A stretch of 64,000 nucleotides of DNA, taken from contig CBDBMV010000002.1 in assembly GCA_965207665.1 (NCBI GenBank), forward strand, positions 3,527,335 to 3,591,334, written 5' to 3'. The notes under the pieces were generated by a model. That model was not told where the DNA came from and ran no database searches. It saw only the letters and a program-made list of their open reading frames with translations. The stretch comes from Vicinamibacterales bacterium. GTDB lineage: Bacteria > Acidobacteriota > Vicinamibacteria > Vicinamibacterales > UBA8438. Below are positions 8,543-18,936 of the stretch, in pieces (within the stretch, counting starts at the first letter, position 1; the number at the start of each line of letters is the position of its first letter). Both the position numbers and the translations under genes were made by a program.

Positions 8543-8971
8543 ATGTCCGACGAAATACGTGCATCACTGCCGATCCGGCTGTCGCGGGTCCGCGATTTCG
8601 CGGAAGAAGTGGAGGCGTTCGGGGAAGCCGCCGGCCTGCCGGATACGAAAATTTACATCGTCAACCTCACGCTGGATGAATTGATCGCCAACGTCGTCAT
8701 GTACGGCTTCGAAGGCGTGAAGGACCCCAAGATCGACGTCGAGCTGGTGCTGTCCGGCAACAGGCTGGTACTGACGCTGGAGGACAACGGACGGCCGTTC
8801 GATCCGACACAGGACGTGGCTGCCGACATCACGTCGCCGCTGATGGATCGGCCGGTGGGCGGCCTCGGCCGTTACTTCGTGAAGCGTCTTGCCGACCGGT
8901 TTTCCTACGAGCTCGTGAACGGCCGCAACCGCGTGACCGTCGAGTACGACGTGACGCCGGACGGGAAGTGA
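8543..8971 (+). CDS. RsbW-like anti-sigma factor / HATPase_c protein kinase
   Basis: LDELIANVVMYG, EDNGRPFDP, GGLG boxes; overlaps a STAS gene. Confidence 0.88.
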   Translation: MSDEIRASLPIRLSRVRDFAEEVEAFGEAAGLPDTKIYIVNLTLDELIANVVMYGFEGVKDPKIDVELVLSGNRLVLTLEDNGRPFDPTQDVAADITSPLMDRPVGGLGRYFVKRLADRFSYELVNGRNRVTVEYDVTPDGK

Positions 8972-9348
8972 CGTTCTGGCGCACCGCCGGCAGGGACCGT
9001 GAATTGACGGATATCGCAGTCACGGAAGAGCGGCATCACGACGCGCTGGTGCTGCTGCCAGCGGGCTCGCTGGACGGCGGGAACGTCCACAATTTCGAAT
9101 CGCTCGTCATGGGGCACGTCAACAACGGCGAGCGGCGTCTGATCGTGGACTTCAGCGGCCTCAATTTCGTCAGCAGCGCCGGCCTGCGAGTGTTCGTCAT
9201 CGCCGCCAGGGCGCTGCGGGCGGGCAACGGTCGGATCATCCTCTGCGGCATGAAGCATCATGTGGAGGACGTCTTCCGGGTCAGCGGCATCTATCGGGTC
9301 ATCGAGATCAAGGCGTCGCGCGCGGAGGCGCTCGAAGCCCTCTCCTGA
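8968..9348 (+). CDS. STAS-domain anti-sigma factor antagonist
   Basis: GSLD and DFSGLNFVSSAGLR phospho-Ser motif; start uncertain (TTG 9004 possible). Confidence 0.88.
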   Translation: MTFWRTAGRDRELTDIAVTEERHHDALVLLPAGSLDGGNVHNFESLVMGHVNNGERRLIVDFSGLNFVSSAGLRVFVIAARALRAGNGRIILCGMKHHVEDVFRVSGIYRVIEIKASRAEALEALS

Positions 9349-9371
9349 CGCACCGGCCGTGCGCGGGTGCG

Positions 9372-10019
9372 TCAGCTCAGGTAGGCCCGCATCATCTCCG
9401 ACAGCGCCGCCTCTTCGGCCGCCCAGGCGGCCCGTACCTTTTGCAGCGCCGCTTCCGCGGTAGGGGCCTGGAGCGCCAGCGCGCGGTTCTTCGCCCTCAG
9501 CAGTCCCTTCGCCGCCGCGTGGTCCAGGAAACGGAACAGGTCGTCGTAGTAGCCGTCGACGTTCAGGAAGACGCACGGTTTGTCGAGCACCTCGAGCTGC
9601 GCCCAGGTGAGCGCCTCGAAGATCTCCTCCAGCGTGCCGAAGCCGCCGGGCATGGCGATGCAGGCGTGCGCCGTCTGCTGCATGCGGTGCTTGCGCTCGT
9701 GCATGGTGTCGACCACGTGCAGATGGGTGAGACCCTCGTGGGCCACCTCCTGGTACTGCAGGTGCCGGGGTATCACGCCGACAACGACGCCGCCGTAGTC
9801 CAGCACGGTATCGGCCAGGACGCCCATCAACCCGACGCGGGCGCCGCCGTACACCAGGCCGATCCCCTCCTGCGCCATCAGACGGCCGAGGGTCCTGGTC
9901 TGTTCGACGATCCGCTCGTCGCGGCCCATGTTGCCGCCCAGGTAGACGCAGATGTACTTCGTCTCGGTGAACGCGTCGATTCCAGCGCGCTCCTTGTCGT
10001 CTCCGGCCGGCCTGTTCAC
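9372..10019 (-). CDS. LOG family nucleotide phosphoribohydrolase
   Basis: LVYGGARVGLMG, MHERK, PGGFGTLEE motifs. Confidence 0.92.
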   Translation of the reverse strand: MNRPAGDDKERAGIDAFTETKYICVYLGGNMGRDERIVEQTRTLGRLMAQEGIGLVYGGARVGLMGVLADTVLDYGGVVVGVIPRHLQYQEVAHEGLTHLHVVDTMHERKHRMQQTAHACIAMPGGFGTLEEIFEALTWAQLEVLDKPCVFLNVDGYYDDLFRFLDHAAAKGLLRAKNRALALQAPTAEAALQKVRAAWAAEEAALSEMMRAYLS

Positions 10020-10089
10020 AGTGAAACCGTCCGCGCTGTGCGGTACCCTCTACGTCTTATCGTCCCGACTGCCTGTTTCGTGCATCATC

Positions 10090-13000
10090 CTAATGGAAAT
10101 CGCGGCTGCCGGCAGTCGGGGGCGCCAGCGGCAGCGCGGGAAGCCAAAGCGTTTCGGCCACGAGATGGACGACGCCGGCTTCCGACTGCAGCGTGCCGCT
10201 CACGCCGAGCAGCGATGCGGTCCGCGCGAGCACCGCGTGGTCGTCGAACACCCGTTTCCAGAGCACCACGTTCACGAATCCGGTCTCGTCATCGAGGGTC
10301 ATGAAGGTGGTGCCCGAGGCGGTGGCGGGCCGCTGCCGGCAGATCACGATGCCGGCGTAGCGCACGCGACGGCCGTGGGGCAGCGCCGCGACGGTCCGGG
10401 CGTCCGGCAGTCGCTGCGCGGCCAGCGCCTCGCGGTGGGGTGCGAGCGGATGGCCGTGCGTGCTGTGCCCGCTGAAGCGGTAGTCCCACTCGATGGTCTC
10501 GAATGCGCCGAGCGGGGCGAAGTCGGGGCGGCGCTCGCGCGGGTCGAGCGGCAGCGCGGCGGGGGAAGCGGCGGCGGCGCCCCGCACCTGCCATAACGCG
10601 CTGCGGCGTTTCCCTTCGAAGCAGGCCAGCGCTCCGGCCTCGGCGAGGCGCCGCAGCACGCGGCCGTCCAGGCCGGTGCGGCGGGCGGCGTCCTCCATCG
10701 ATGCGAACGGCCGCGCGGCGCGCGCAGCCGCAATCGGCTGCCAGTCGCGCGCCTCCGAGAGCCCCTTCACGTACCGCAGCCCCATCCGCACGGCATGTCC
10801 CCCGCCGCCGTCCGCGCGGGGCTCCAGCGTGCAGTCCCACGCGCTGGCGGCAATGTCGATGGGACGCACCTCCACGTCGTGCCGCAGCGCGTCGTCGACA
10901 ATCGTCGCCGGCGTGTAGAACCCCATCGGCTGCGCGTTGAGCAGCGCGCAGGTGAACACGTCCGGGTACTGGTGGCGCAGCCAGGCGGTGGCGTAGGCGA
11001 TCAGGGCGAAGCTGGCCGCGTGGCTCTCGGGGAAGCCGTAATCCCCGAACCCGCGGATCTGGTCGAAGACCCGCTCGGCGAACTCGCGGGCGATGCCCTT
11101 CGCCTCCATGCGGGTCACGAGTCGCTCATGGTGCCTCTCGATGCACCCGGTGCGGTGCCACGCCGCCATGTCGCGGCGTAGCTGGTCCGCCTCGCCCGGC
11201 GTGTAGTCGGCCGCCACCATCGCCAGCCGTATCACCTGCTCCTGGAAGAGCGGCACGCCGAGCGTCTTGTGCAGCACGGGCTCCAGGCAGGGGTGCGGGT
11301 AGACCACCGGCTCCTCGCCGTTCCGCCGCCGCAGGTAGGGATGCACCATCCCGCCGGTGATCGGGCCGGGCCGCACGATGCTCACCTCGATCACCAGGTC
11401 GTAGTAGTGGCGCGGCCGCAACCGCGGCAGCATCGCCATCTGCGCGCGGCTTTCGATCTGGAAGACGCCGACCGTATCCGAGCGGCAGATCAGGTCGTAG
11501 GTGCCCGGATCGTCGGCCGGTATCCGGTCGAGCGACAACTGCCGGCCGTAGTGCCGGTCGATCAGGTGAAAGGCGCTGTCGAGTTGTGTGAGCGCGCCGA
11601 GTCCCAGCAGGTCGACCTTGAACAGGCCGAGGTCCTCCAGGTCGTGCTTGTCCCACTGGATCACCGTGCGGTCGGGCATGGCCGCGTTCTCGATCGGCAC
11701 CAGGTCGTGGACCGGCTCGTGGCCGAGCAGGAAGCCGCCCGGATGGATGGACAGGTGCCGGGGAAAGTCCTGGATCTCCGCGGCCAGCCGGCGCAGGTGC
11801 GCGTGGGCCGGCGCTTCCGGATCGATCCCCGCGTGGGCCAGACCGGCCGCGTCCAGCCCGTAGTGATGCGACAGCAGCTTCGCGGCGCGATCCACCGTGG
11901 TCTCGGACAGGCCGAGCGCCTTGCCCACCTCGCGGACGGCGGACCGCCCGCGGTAGCGGATGACGTTGGCCACCATCGCGGCGCGGTCGCGGCCGTACTT
12001 GCGGTAGACGTGCTGGATCACCTCCTCGCGCCGCGCGTGCATGATGTCGAGGTCGATGTCGGGCGGCTCGCTGCGCTCGCGCGACAGGAACCGCTCGAAC
12101 AGCAGCGCCACCCGCGTCGGATCGACCGCTGTAATCCCCAGGCAGTAGCAGACCACCGAGTTGGCCGCCGAGCCGCGCCCCTGGCAGAGGATGCCCTGCT
12201 GCCGGCAGTACTGGACGATCTCCCGCATCGTCAGGAAGTAGCCGCCGTAGTCGAGCTCCTCGATCAGCGCCAGCTCCTTGCCGATCTGCTCGCTGACGGC
12301 CGGCGGGACGCCGCCGGGAAAACGCGCGCGCGCGCCGGCGAGGGTGAGCTCGCGGAGCCAGTCGGACGACGTCCGGCCGTCGGGCAACTGCTCGGCGGGA
12401 TAGCGGTAGCGGATCTCGGAAAGCGTGAAGGCGCAGCGGGCCGCCACCTCGCGCGTCCGCGCGACGAGCGCCGGCTCGTCGGCAAACAACCGCGCCATCG
12501 ACGGCGGCGCCTTGAGAGCGTGCCCGGCGTTCGGCTTGAGCAGGCGCCCGGCCGCGGCCAGCGTGACGCCGTGCCGGATGCAGGTGACGACGTCCTGGAC
12601 GTCGCGGCGGGCCGACGTGTGGTAGAGCACCTCGGTGGCGGCCACCAGCGGCAGGCCGGCGCGGGCGGCATGCTCGCGCAGGCAGGCTTCCTGGCGGCCT
12701 TCCTCCGCCCGCCGGTGCCGGCTCACGAGCGCGTACAGCCGGTCGCCGAAAGCCTCCCGCATCCGTGCGACGGCCGCGGGCGGCGTGTCGGCATGGACCA
12801 GCGCGCTCCGGTCGCCGCCCCACAGTGCGATGAGCCCTTCGGCGCGCCCGCACAGCTCCGGCCAGGTGACGCGCGACTCCCCCTTCGGCCGCCGCCGCCG
12901 GCCGGCGGTGATCAGCCGGCAGAGATTGGCGTATCCCTCCCGGCTTGCCGCGAGCAGGACGCAGGTGGACTCGGTATCGGCGTCACTTACGGTCACCTCG

Positions 13001-13191
13001 GAGCCGACGATGAGCTGCACGCCTAACTCCCGCGCCTTCACGTGCGCGCGCACCATGCCGTGGACGCCGTCGCGGTCGGTCAGCGCCAGCGCCGGCAGTC
13101 CGTATGCGTGCGCCTGCTCGACCAGTTCCTCGGGGTGGCTGGCCCCCTCGAGAAACGAGAAGTTGCTCTTGCACCAGAGCGGAACGTGCAT
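10090..13191 (-). CDS. dnaE2: Error-prone DNA polymerase III alpha-like subunit (DnaE2/ImuC)
   Basis: [18 protein letters not shown] start, [24 protein letters not shown]-terminal SRDFH. Confidence 0.97.
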   Translation of the reverse strand: MHVPLWCKSNFSFLEGASHPEELVEQAHAYGLPALALTDRDGVHGMVRAHVKARELGVQLIVGSEVTVSDADTESTCVLLAASREGYANLCRLITAGRRRRPKGESRVTWPELCGRAEGLIALWGGDRSALVHADTPPAAVARMREAFGDRLYALVSRHRRAEEGRQEACLREHAARAGLPLVAATEVLYHTSARRDVQDVVTCIRHGVTLAAAGRLLKPNAGHALKAPPSMARLFADEPALVARTREVAARCAFTLSEIRYRYPAEQLPDGRTSSDWLRELTLAGARARFPGGVPPAVSEQIGKELALIEELDYGGYFLTMREIVQYCRQQGILCQGRGSAANSVVCYCLGITAVDPTRVALLFERFLSRERSEPPDIDLDIMHARREEVIQHVYRKYGRDRAAMVANVIRYRGRSAVREVGKALGLSETTVDRAAKLLSHHYGLDAAGLAHAGIDPEAPAHAHLRRLAAEIQDFPRHLSIHPGGFLLGHEPVHDLVPIENAAMPDRTVIQWDKHDLEDLGLFKVDLLGLGALTQLDSAFHLIDRHYGRQLSLDRIPADDPGTYDLICRSDTVGVFQIESRAQMAMLPRLRPRHYYDLVIEVSIVRPGPITGGMVHPYLRRRNGEEPVVYPHPCLEPVLHKTLGVPLFQEQVIRLAMVAADYTPGEADQLRRDMAAWHRTGCIERHHERLVTRMEAKGIAREFAERVFDQIRGFGDYGFPESHAASFALIAYATAWLRHQYPDVFTCALLNAQPMGFYTPATIVDDALRHDVEVRPIDIAASAWDCTLEPRADGGGGHAVRMGLRYVKGLSEARDWQPIAAARAARPFASMEDAARRTGLDGRVLRRLAEAGALACFEGKRRSALWQVRGAAAASPAALPLDPRERRPDFAPLGAFETIEWDYRFSGHSTHGHPLAPHREALAAQRLPDARTVAALPHGRRVRYAGIVICRQRPATASGTTFMTLDDETGFVNVVLWKRVFDDHAVLARTASLLGVSGTLQSEAGVVHLVAETLWLPALPLAPPTAGSRDFH

Positions 13192-13199
13192 TTCTACAT

Positions 13200-13285
13200 G
13201 GGGCTGCGCCCCAAACCCCCGGCAAGCCCTAGCGGGGGCCCCTAGCCCCGCGCCGGGCTTGCCGAGCCGCGCCGTGCGCGGCTTG
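13200..13285 (+). repeat. 86-bp REP-like palindromic element, copy 1
   Basis: ggggctgcgccccaaacccccggcaagccc...gcgcggcttg; reverse complement at 16132-16217 with 3 mismatches; fills the imuB-dnaE2 spacer. Confidence 0.9.
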
Positions 13286-13287
13286 CC

Positions 13288-14775
13288 TTATTCGACCTGT
13301 CCCTGCAGGCGCCAGCGCTGCCGCGGGCGGTCGTAGTAGATCCACGACGTGCCGCCGTCGCGCTGCGCGGTGAAGTAGTACTCGCGGTGGGCCGCCGCCG
13401 CCCACCAGCCTCCGGACACCACGTGTGGCCCGGACAGCGGCGCCAGCGGCCCGCCGGGAGCGGGCAGCGGCTCGCCGGCCGGCGGGCGGGACGGCGGCGG
13501 AAACGGCAGCGGGCGGGTATGGAGCCGGCGCACCAGCGGCCGGCGGGCGACGGCGCGCGGTACGGCGCGGTCCACCGTCGTGACCGGCTCCCAGGCGAAC
13601 CGCGCCTCCGGCAGGTGCGCATCGGCGAGGCGCGCCCGCACCACCGCGCCGTCGCCGAACTGCGCGCGCACGCGGGCGAGCGCGCGGTTCGCCAGCGCCG
13701 GGTCGCGGCGCGGCCGCTCGGCGAACAGCGCCGACTGCCGCAACGCGGGCCGCACGGCGCGGGCGGAAAGCCGCACGCCCGTGACGCCGGCCTGCAGCGC
13801 CAGCGCCTCCAGGCGCAGCCGCACCAGGTTCAGCAACTGGCCGACATCCAGGGTCGGTGCGGCGGGGCGGATCCGCTCGGTGCAGGCGGCGCCGCGGTCG
13901 AGCCGCAGGTGGAGCGTCAGGCCGGCCAGCGCCTCGTGGCGCGCGGCGGCGGCGGCCAGCAGTCGATCCAGCAGGCGCTTGACGGCGAACAGCAGCCGGG
14001 AGGCGTCGGTCTCGGGATGATCGAGGTCGAGGCGCGCCACCAGCGGATCGACCGTCCGCAGCGGCTGAACCGGCGCCTGCAGGGCGCCGGCGGCGCGCTG
14101 GTGCAGATCATGCGCGGCCCGGCCGAAGCGGCGGCGGACACCTGCGGGCGGCAGCGCCAGCAGGGCGCGCACCGTCCGGACACCGAGCTTCTCCAGGCTG
14201 TCCTGCAGCTCCGGGTCGACGCCCAGCCGCTCCAGCGGCGCCTCCCCCGCCAGGATCCGCTCGGCGGCGCGATCCCGGACGATCGCCGCCGGCCCGCCGG
14301 CCGCCGCGGTCCTGGCGATGGCATGGGTACCGAAGCGCGTGAAGCCGCAGGCGATCGCCGCCTGGAAGCCGGCTGTCCGGAGCGCGGCCTCGATTGCGCC
14401 GGCCCACTCGCGGAGCGACGCATGCAGATGCGACAGGCCGGAGGCGTCCAGCCAGAACACCCCCGGCTGGTCGCGACACGGCTCGACCCCGGGCGTGAAC
14501 CGGCGCAACTGCTCCGCAACCGCCGCCACCGTCCGGTCGACGTCCGCGGGCGCCACTTCTCCGGCGCGCAGTGCGGGCGCCAGCACCGCCCCGGCGCCGT
14601 AGCGCATCCCGGGCCGCACGCCGCGTGCGCGGGCCGGTTCGTTCACCCACCGGATCACCCCGCGCGGCGTGTCGCGGTCGACCACCGCCGCCGGCGCGGT
14701 GCGCCAGTCGGGACGCCGTCCCAGGAGGATCTGCAGCGGGAACGCCGGCAGGTCAACACAGGCCATCCGGTCCAC
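13288..14775 (-). CDS. imuB: ImuB, Y-family polymerase-like accessory protein
   Basis: ACVDLPAF, VNEPARARGVRPGM, FWLDASG; C-terminal GGWW...HREYY; lies between imuA and dnaE2. Start GTG 14775 (GAGGAG RBS) or ATG 14766. Confidence 0.9.
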   Translation of the reverse strand: MDRMACVDLPAFPLQILLGRRPDWRTAPAAVVDRDTPRGVIRWVNEPARARGVRPGMRYGAGAVLAPALRAGEVAPADVDRTVAAVAEQLRRFTPGVEPCRDQPGVFWLDASGLSHLHASLREWAGAIEAALRTAGFQAAIACGFTRFGTHAIARTAAAGGPAAIVRDRAAERILAGEAPLERLGVDPELQDSLEKLGVRTVRALLALPPAGVRRRFGRAAHDLHQRAAGALQAPVQPLRTVDPLVARLDLDHPETDASRLLFAVKRLLDRLLAAAAARHEALAGLTLHLRLDRGAACTERIRPAAPTLDVGQLLNLVRLRLEALALQAGVTGVRLSARAVRPALRQSALFAERPRRDPALANRALARVRAQFGDGAVVRARLADAHLPEARFAWEPVTTVDRAVPRAVARRPLVRRLHTRPLPFPPPSRPPAGEPLPAPGGPLAPLSGPHVVSGGWWAAAAHREYYFTAQRDGGTSWIYYDRPRQRWRLQGQVE

Positions 14776-15400
14776 GACACCACTCCTCGTCGGTCCAGCC
14801 GGGACCGCGCCGCTTGTCCTTGAGCGCCTGCACCCGGCAGGCGAAACCGCCCTTTCCGCGACGGATCCGCCGCGCGTGGCCACGGACGGCGACGAGCGAC
14901 CCGAGCGACGGCTGGTGCTCGGTCTTGGCCGTCAGGCACAGGATGAGCGTGCCGTGGGCCAGCGCCTGGTCGGCCAGCCGTGTCTGCGCGGCGAGCGGCA
15001 GATCGAGGCACGCGCCCAGGTCGATCACCAGCAGCCCGAAGGCGCCGGCGCGCGCGAGCTGCTCGGCCGCCTGCAGGCGCTGCCGCAGGCCGGCCAGCCG
15101 GATCACCGGCAGCGCAGCCAGGTCGACGCCGCCTTCCGCCGCGTCGGGCGGATAGAACGTGCTGTCGGTGCGCGCCAGCCAGGCCACCGGCTCGCCCTGC
15201 TGCTGCACCTGCCGCACCAGGCCGAACGCGAGCGTGAGGGAAGGTGCGCCGGGCTCGCCCGACAGCTCCGCCAGGCAGCCGCCGAGCGCGGCGCTGGTCC
15301 AGGCCGGCGGGGGCGGCGCGCACAGGCTGCGCCGCAGCCAAGCGCCGGTTGTCAACCCGCGCACGGCGTCGGTCCCGGTGCGCTGCAACTGGACGGTCAT
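14753..15400 (-). CDS. imuA: ImuA, RecA-like mutasome protein
   Basis: LAELSG, FYPPDAAEGGVDL, AAEQLARAGAFGLLVIDL; ATGA overlap with the lexA stop. Confidence 0.85.
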   Translation of the reverse strand: MTVQLQRTGTDAVRGLTTGAWLRRSLCAPPPPAWTSAALGGCLAELSGEPGAPSLTLAFGLVRQVQQQGEPVAWLARTDSTFYPPDAAEGGVDLAALPVIRLAGLRQRLQAAEQLARAGAFGLLVIDLGACLDLPLAAQTRLADQALAHGTLILCLTAKTEHQPSLGSLVAVRGHARRIRRGKGGFACRVQALKDKRRGPGWTDEEWCRGPDGLC

Positions 15401-16005
15401 GGCAGGAACCGCCGGACCTCGACCACTTTTCCGAGCAGGACGACCGCGGCGGCGTCCAGGAGGAGCGGCTCGAACGCCGGATTCTCCGGGTGCAGCTCGA
15501 CCTGCCGGCCGCGTGGCCTGAAGGTCTTGACCGTGGCCTCGTCCCCCACTTGCGCCACGACGATGTCGCCGCTGGCGGCGGTCGGCTGGCGGCGCACGAT
15601 CACGAGATCGCCGGGCAGGATGCCGGCGCCGGTCATGCTCTCGCCGCGCACACGGAGGGCGAACAGATCGTCCACCGGCCCCCTGGCGTCCACCGGCAGG
15701 TAGCCGTCGGGATCCTCGACCGCCTCGTCGAGCGCGCCGGCCGGCACGCGGCCGAGCAGCGGCACGAGCGCGGCAGCCGGCGCGGCGGCCGAGGCCGGCA
15801 GCCGGTATCCGCGCGCCTTGTGGCGGTCGACCGCCAGCCGGCCCTGGGCAACCAGTTGCTCCAGGTGCTGGCGCGCCGTGCCGACCGCCCGGAAGCCGAA
15901 CGCCTCCTGCACCTCGCGCACCGTGGGCGGCTGCCCCGCGAGCAGCCGGGTCCGCACGAACGCAAGCACCCGGTTGCGCGTCTCCCCTGCCGGTGTTCGT
16001 CCCAT
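15397..16005 (-). CDS. lexA: LexA repressor
   Basis: PPTVREV wHTH, LGRVPAG cleavage site, GESM Ser, EATVK Lys; start ATG 16005 with GGGGAG RBS. Confidence 0.95.
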   Translation of the reverse strand: MGRTPAGETRNRVLAFVRTRLLAGQPPTVREVQEAFGFRAVGTARQHLEQLVAQGRLAVDRHKARGYRLPASAAAPAAALVPLLGRVPAGALDEAVEDPDGYLPVDARGPVDDLFALRVRGESMTGAGILPGDLVIVRRQPTAASGDIVVAQVGDEATVKTFRPRGRQVELHPENPAFEPLLLDAAAVVLLGKVVEVRRFLP

Positions 16006-16032
16006 TGCTCCCCCGCCGTGTGCCGGCGACGG

Positions 16033-16061
16033 AGTATACCATACATTTGTATGTAATACAT
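16033..16061 (-). promoter_or_regulatory. lexA promoter (extended -10 TGgTATACT) with overlapping palindrome CATACA-AA-TGTATG, candidate SOS box
   Basis: AT-rich island; TATACT at 16038-16033; palindrome at 16040-16053. Confidence 0.75.
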
Positions 16062-16131
16062 CGCAGACGCGGCGCAGCCACACCTAACGGTGGAATATGG
16101 AGGGGACGGCAAGCATGAACGCTGCCGTTCC

Positions 16132-16217
16132 CAAGCCGCGCACGGCGCGGCTCGGCAAGCCCGGCGCGGGGCGAGGGGGCCCCGCTAGGGCTTGCCGGGG
16201 GTTCGGGGCGCAGCCCC
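16132..16217 (-). repeat. 86-bp REP-like palindromic element, copy 2
   Basis: Reverse complement of 13200-13285 with 3 mismatches. Confidence 0.9.
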
Positions 16218-16235
16218 GAGTGGTAATGCCGGCCG

Positions 16236-17180
16236 CTACTGGCCGTCGTAGATGGCCTGCATGTTGGCGTGCACCCGCTGGGGATCGATGGTGAATCCCG
16301 GATGGTCGCGGGCCAGGAACGCGTCCGCCGCGGTGTCCACGGCGGTGCCGGCCTCCATCCCCTCGCGGGCCGCGTCGAGGAAGCCGTTCATGAAGCCGGT
16401 GAAGGTCGTGAAGTCTTCCCACGACAGCAGGGTGTTGGAATGGCCGGCGATGATCGCGTCGACGCCGCTGACGCCGGCGACCGCCTTCGAGAGCGTCCGG
16501 GCGAACTCGGAGGCGCTGCCACCGCTGTTGGCGAAGTCGATGAACGGCATGTTCATGGTCTGGAACATGTCGCCGGTGTGCATCATGCGCGCCGCGCGGA
16601 AGACGACGAACGTGTCGCCGCTGGTGTGCCCGGGGCCGAAGTGGTACAGGTCGATCTGCTCCGGGCCGCTGAAGAGCGACATCCGCTCGGTATACGTCCG
16701 TTTCGGCAGGTACTTCGCATTCTCACCCTGGAACGCCTCGCAGTTGGTGACCGGATTGCACTCGGCCCGCGCCATGTTGGCCCGCGTGTTCTCGTGCGCC
16801 ACCACCGTGATCGTGTCCGGGAGCTCGTTGTTGCTGCCGGAATGGTCGAAGTGGGTGTGCGTATTGATGACCATCGTGATCGGCCTGTCGGTGACTTCCC
16901 GGACCCGCTCGATGAAGTCCTGGCCGTAGCCGGGGAGCTTGGTGTCGACCAGGACGACGCCCGCCTCCGTCACGAACACGGCCGTGTTGCCGCCGGTCCA
17001 GCTTGCGCGATCCGCGGAATCGGATGCCGCCAGCAGGTACAGGTTCTCCGCGATCTCCTCGATGGGCGGCATGGCCGCCCGCTCCTGCTGCGAGGCGGCG
17101 GCCGTCAACGACAACCCGACGAGCATGATGGCGGCCGACACGCTGCCGCGGCGCCGGCTACCGGCTTTCCAATTCCGCAT
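16236..17180 (-). CDS. Secreted MBL-fold metallo-hydrolase
   Basis: NTHTHFDHSGSN, GHTSGD, HTGD, AGH; signal peptide. Confidence 0.9.
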   Translation of the reverse strand: MRNWKAGSRRRGSVSAAIMLVGLSLTAAASQQERAAMPPIEEIAENLYLLAASDSADRASWTGGNTAVFVTEAGVVLVDTKLPGYGQDFIERVREVTDRPITMVINTHTHFDHSGSNNELPDTITVVAHENTRANMARAECNPVTNCEAFQGENAKYLPKRTYTERMSLFSGPEQIDLYHFGPGHTSGDTFVVFRAARMMHTGDMFQTMNMPFIDFANSGGSASEFARTLSKAVAGVSGVDAIIAGHSNTLLSWEDFTTFTGFMNGFLDAAREGMEAGTAVDTAADAFLARDHPGFTIDPQRVHANMQAIYDGQ

Positions 17181-17277
17181 GGGTAAAGGTCCTCCTGGGA
17201 CGAGGTCGCCCTACCCTAACGGAGATTCAGAAGCGCCGCAAGACCGGTTCGGCGCACTCGGCTATCATGCGCCGGGG

Positions 17278-18669
17278 ATGCGAACGCTCTCACGGCGCGC
17301 GATGCTGCAGGCGCTGGCGGCGCAGGCGTTGATCGTGCGGTCCGCTGGCGGCCAGACCCGCCGGCACGGTGCGCCCCGGCCGCTGTCGGCTGCCGCAGAG
17401 ACGCACGACTGGACCGACTTCCTCGGCCCCTCGCACAACGGCGTGTCGACCGAGACGCACCTCAGCCGGGTGCTGCCGCCGCCGCTGGTGTGGGAGTTGC
17501 CCAAGGGGACCGGCTACACCTCCCCGGCGATTGCGGGCGACCGGCTGGTCTTCATGCACCGGCTGGGTGACGAGGAAATCGTCGAGTGCCTGCACCCGGA
17601 GACCGGGGCGCCCCGCTGGCAGTTCCGCTACGGCACGGTCTACGAGGACCGCTACGGCTACAACAACGGCCCGCGGTCCAGCCCGGTCATCGACGCCGGC
17701 CGCGTCTACACGGTCAGCGCCGAAGGCATGATCCACTGCCTGGCGCTCGACACCGGAGACGTCGTCTGGCGGCGCGACCTGCGCGCGGAGTACCGCGTGC
17801 CGCAGGACTTCTTCGGCACTTCCTCGACGCCGCTGGTCGAAGGCGGCCTGCTGGTGGTGAACGTGGGCGCGCCGGGCGGGCCGTGCGTCGCGGCGTTCGA
17901 CACGGCTACGGGTAGCGAGGCATGGCGCGCGGGCACGGAGTGGGGTCCGAGCTATGCATCGCCCGTGCCCGCCGACATCCACGGCCGGCGGCGGGTGCTC
18001 GTATTCGCCGGCGGCGATTCACAGCCGCCCACGGGCGGCCTGCTGTCGATCGACCCGGCCAGCGGCGCCGTCGACTTCCGCTTTCCGTTCCGCGGCCGCG
18101 TCTACGAATCGGCCAACGCCGCCAGCCCGGTCGTGTTCGACAACAAGGTGTTCCTCACGTCCAGCTACCGCACGGGCAGCGTGCTGGTCGAGATCCTGCC
18201 GGACTTCACGCATCGCGTCGCATGGCAGACCGCAGAGGTCGGCATCCACTTCAACACTGCCATCCACCGCGACGGCTACCTGTACGCCTTCGACGGCCGC
18301 AATCCGGGCGACGCCTCGCTGGTGTGCATCGACGCGGCAACCGGCGCCGTCGCGTGGCGCGCCGAACCGGAGTGGCAGGAGGTGCTCGAGCGCAACGGCC
18401 GCCCGCAGGCGCAGCTCATGAGTACCTACCGCGGATCGCTGCTCGCCGCCGACGGCCAGTTCCTGTGCCTGGGCGAGCTGGGGCACCTGCTCTGGCTCGA
18501 TCTGACGCCGGAAGGCTACACCGAGATCGCGCGCGCCTGGCTGTTCGCGAGCCGCGAGTCGTGGGGCCTGCCCGTGCTGTCGCGCGGCCTGCTCTACGTC
18601 ACGCAGAACACCCGCGACCTGCTGACCGGCGCCGGCCCGCGGCTGTGCTGCTACGACCTGCGGGTGTGA
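17278..18669 (+). CDS. PQQ-binding-like beta-propeller protein with Tat-like signal
   Basis: MRTLSRRAML N-terminus; DWTDFLGP, repeated SSP/ASP...W propeller motifs; start moved to ATG 17278. Confidence 0.85.
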   Translation: MRTLSRRAMLQALAAQALIVRSAGGQTRRHGAPRPLSAAAETHDWTDFLGPSHNGVSTETHLSRVLPPPLVWELPKGTGYTSPAIAGDRLVFMHRLGDEEIVECLHPETGAPRWQFRYGTVYEDRYGYNNGPRSSPVIDAGRVYTVSAEGMIHCLALDTGDVVWRRDLRAEYRVPQDFFGTSSTPLVEGGLLVVNVGAPGGPCVAAFDTATGSEAWRAGTEWGPSYASPVPADIHGRRRVLVFAGGDSQPPTGGLLSIDPASGAVDFRFPFRGRVYESANAASPVVFDNKVFLTSSYRTGSVLVEILPDFTHRVAWQTAEVGIHFNTAIHRDGYLYAFDGRNPGDASLVCIDAATGAVAWRAEPEWQEVLERNGRPQAQLMSTYRGSLLAADGQFLCLGELGHLLWLDLTPEGYTEIARAWLFASRESWGLPVLSRGLLYVTQNTRDLLTGAGPRLCCYDLRV

Positions 18670-18715
18670 CCGCCTGAACGGTGCGTTGACAAGCACAGCA
18701 AGGTAGCATCGACAC

Positions 18716-18913
18716 GTGCGAATCACGCTTGATCTGCCAGCGGAGCTGCTCGACGAGGCGCAACGGCTGCTCGGTTTCAAGTCGAAGACCGATACGGTCG
18801 TCCTCTCCCTGCGCGAGCTGATACGCCGGAACCGGATCGATGAACTGCGCGAACTGCTGGGATCTGTAACCCTCGACGTGGAGGTCGCCAAGTCCCGACG
18901 CCGTCCTCGGTGA
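18716..18913 (+). CDS. VapB-type antitoxin (orphan)
   Basis: MRITLDLPAELLDEAQRLLGFKSKTDTV..SLRELIRR ribbon-helix-helix pattern. Confidence 0.8.
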   Translation: MRITLDLPAELLDEAQRLLGFKSKTDTVVLSLRELIRRNRIDELRELLGSVTLDVEVAKSRRRPR

Positions 18914-18936
18914 TGATCTGCGTCGAAAGGTCAGTC
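18910..18936 (+). pseudogene. Possible relic of the first codons of the cognate vapC
   Basis: GTGATG overlaps the vapB stop and reads MICVERSV, similar to the PIN start M-I-x-V-D-T-S-V. Confidence 0.4.
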
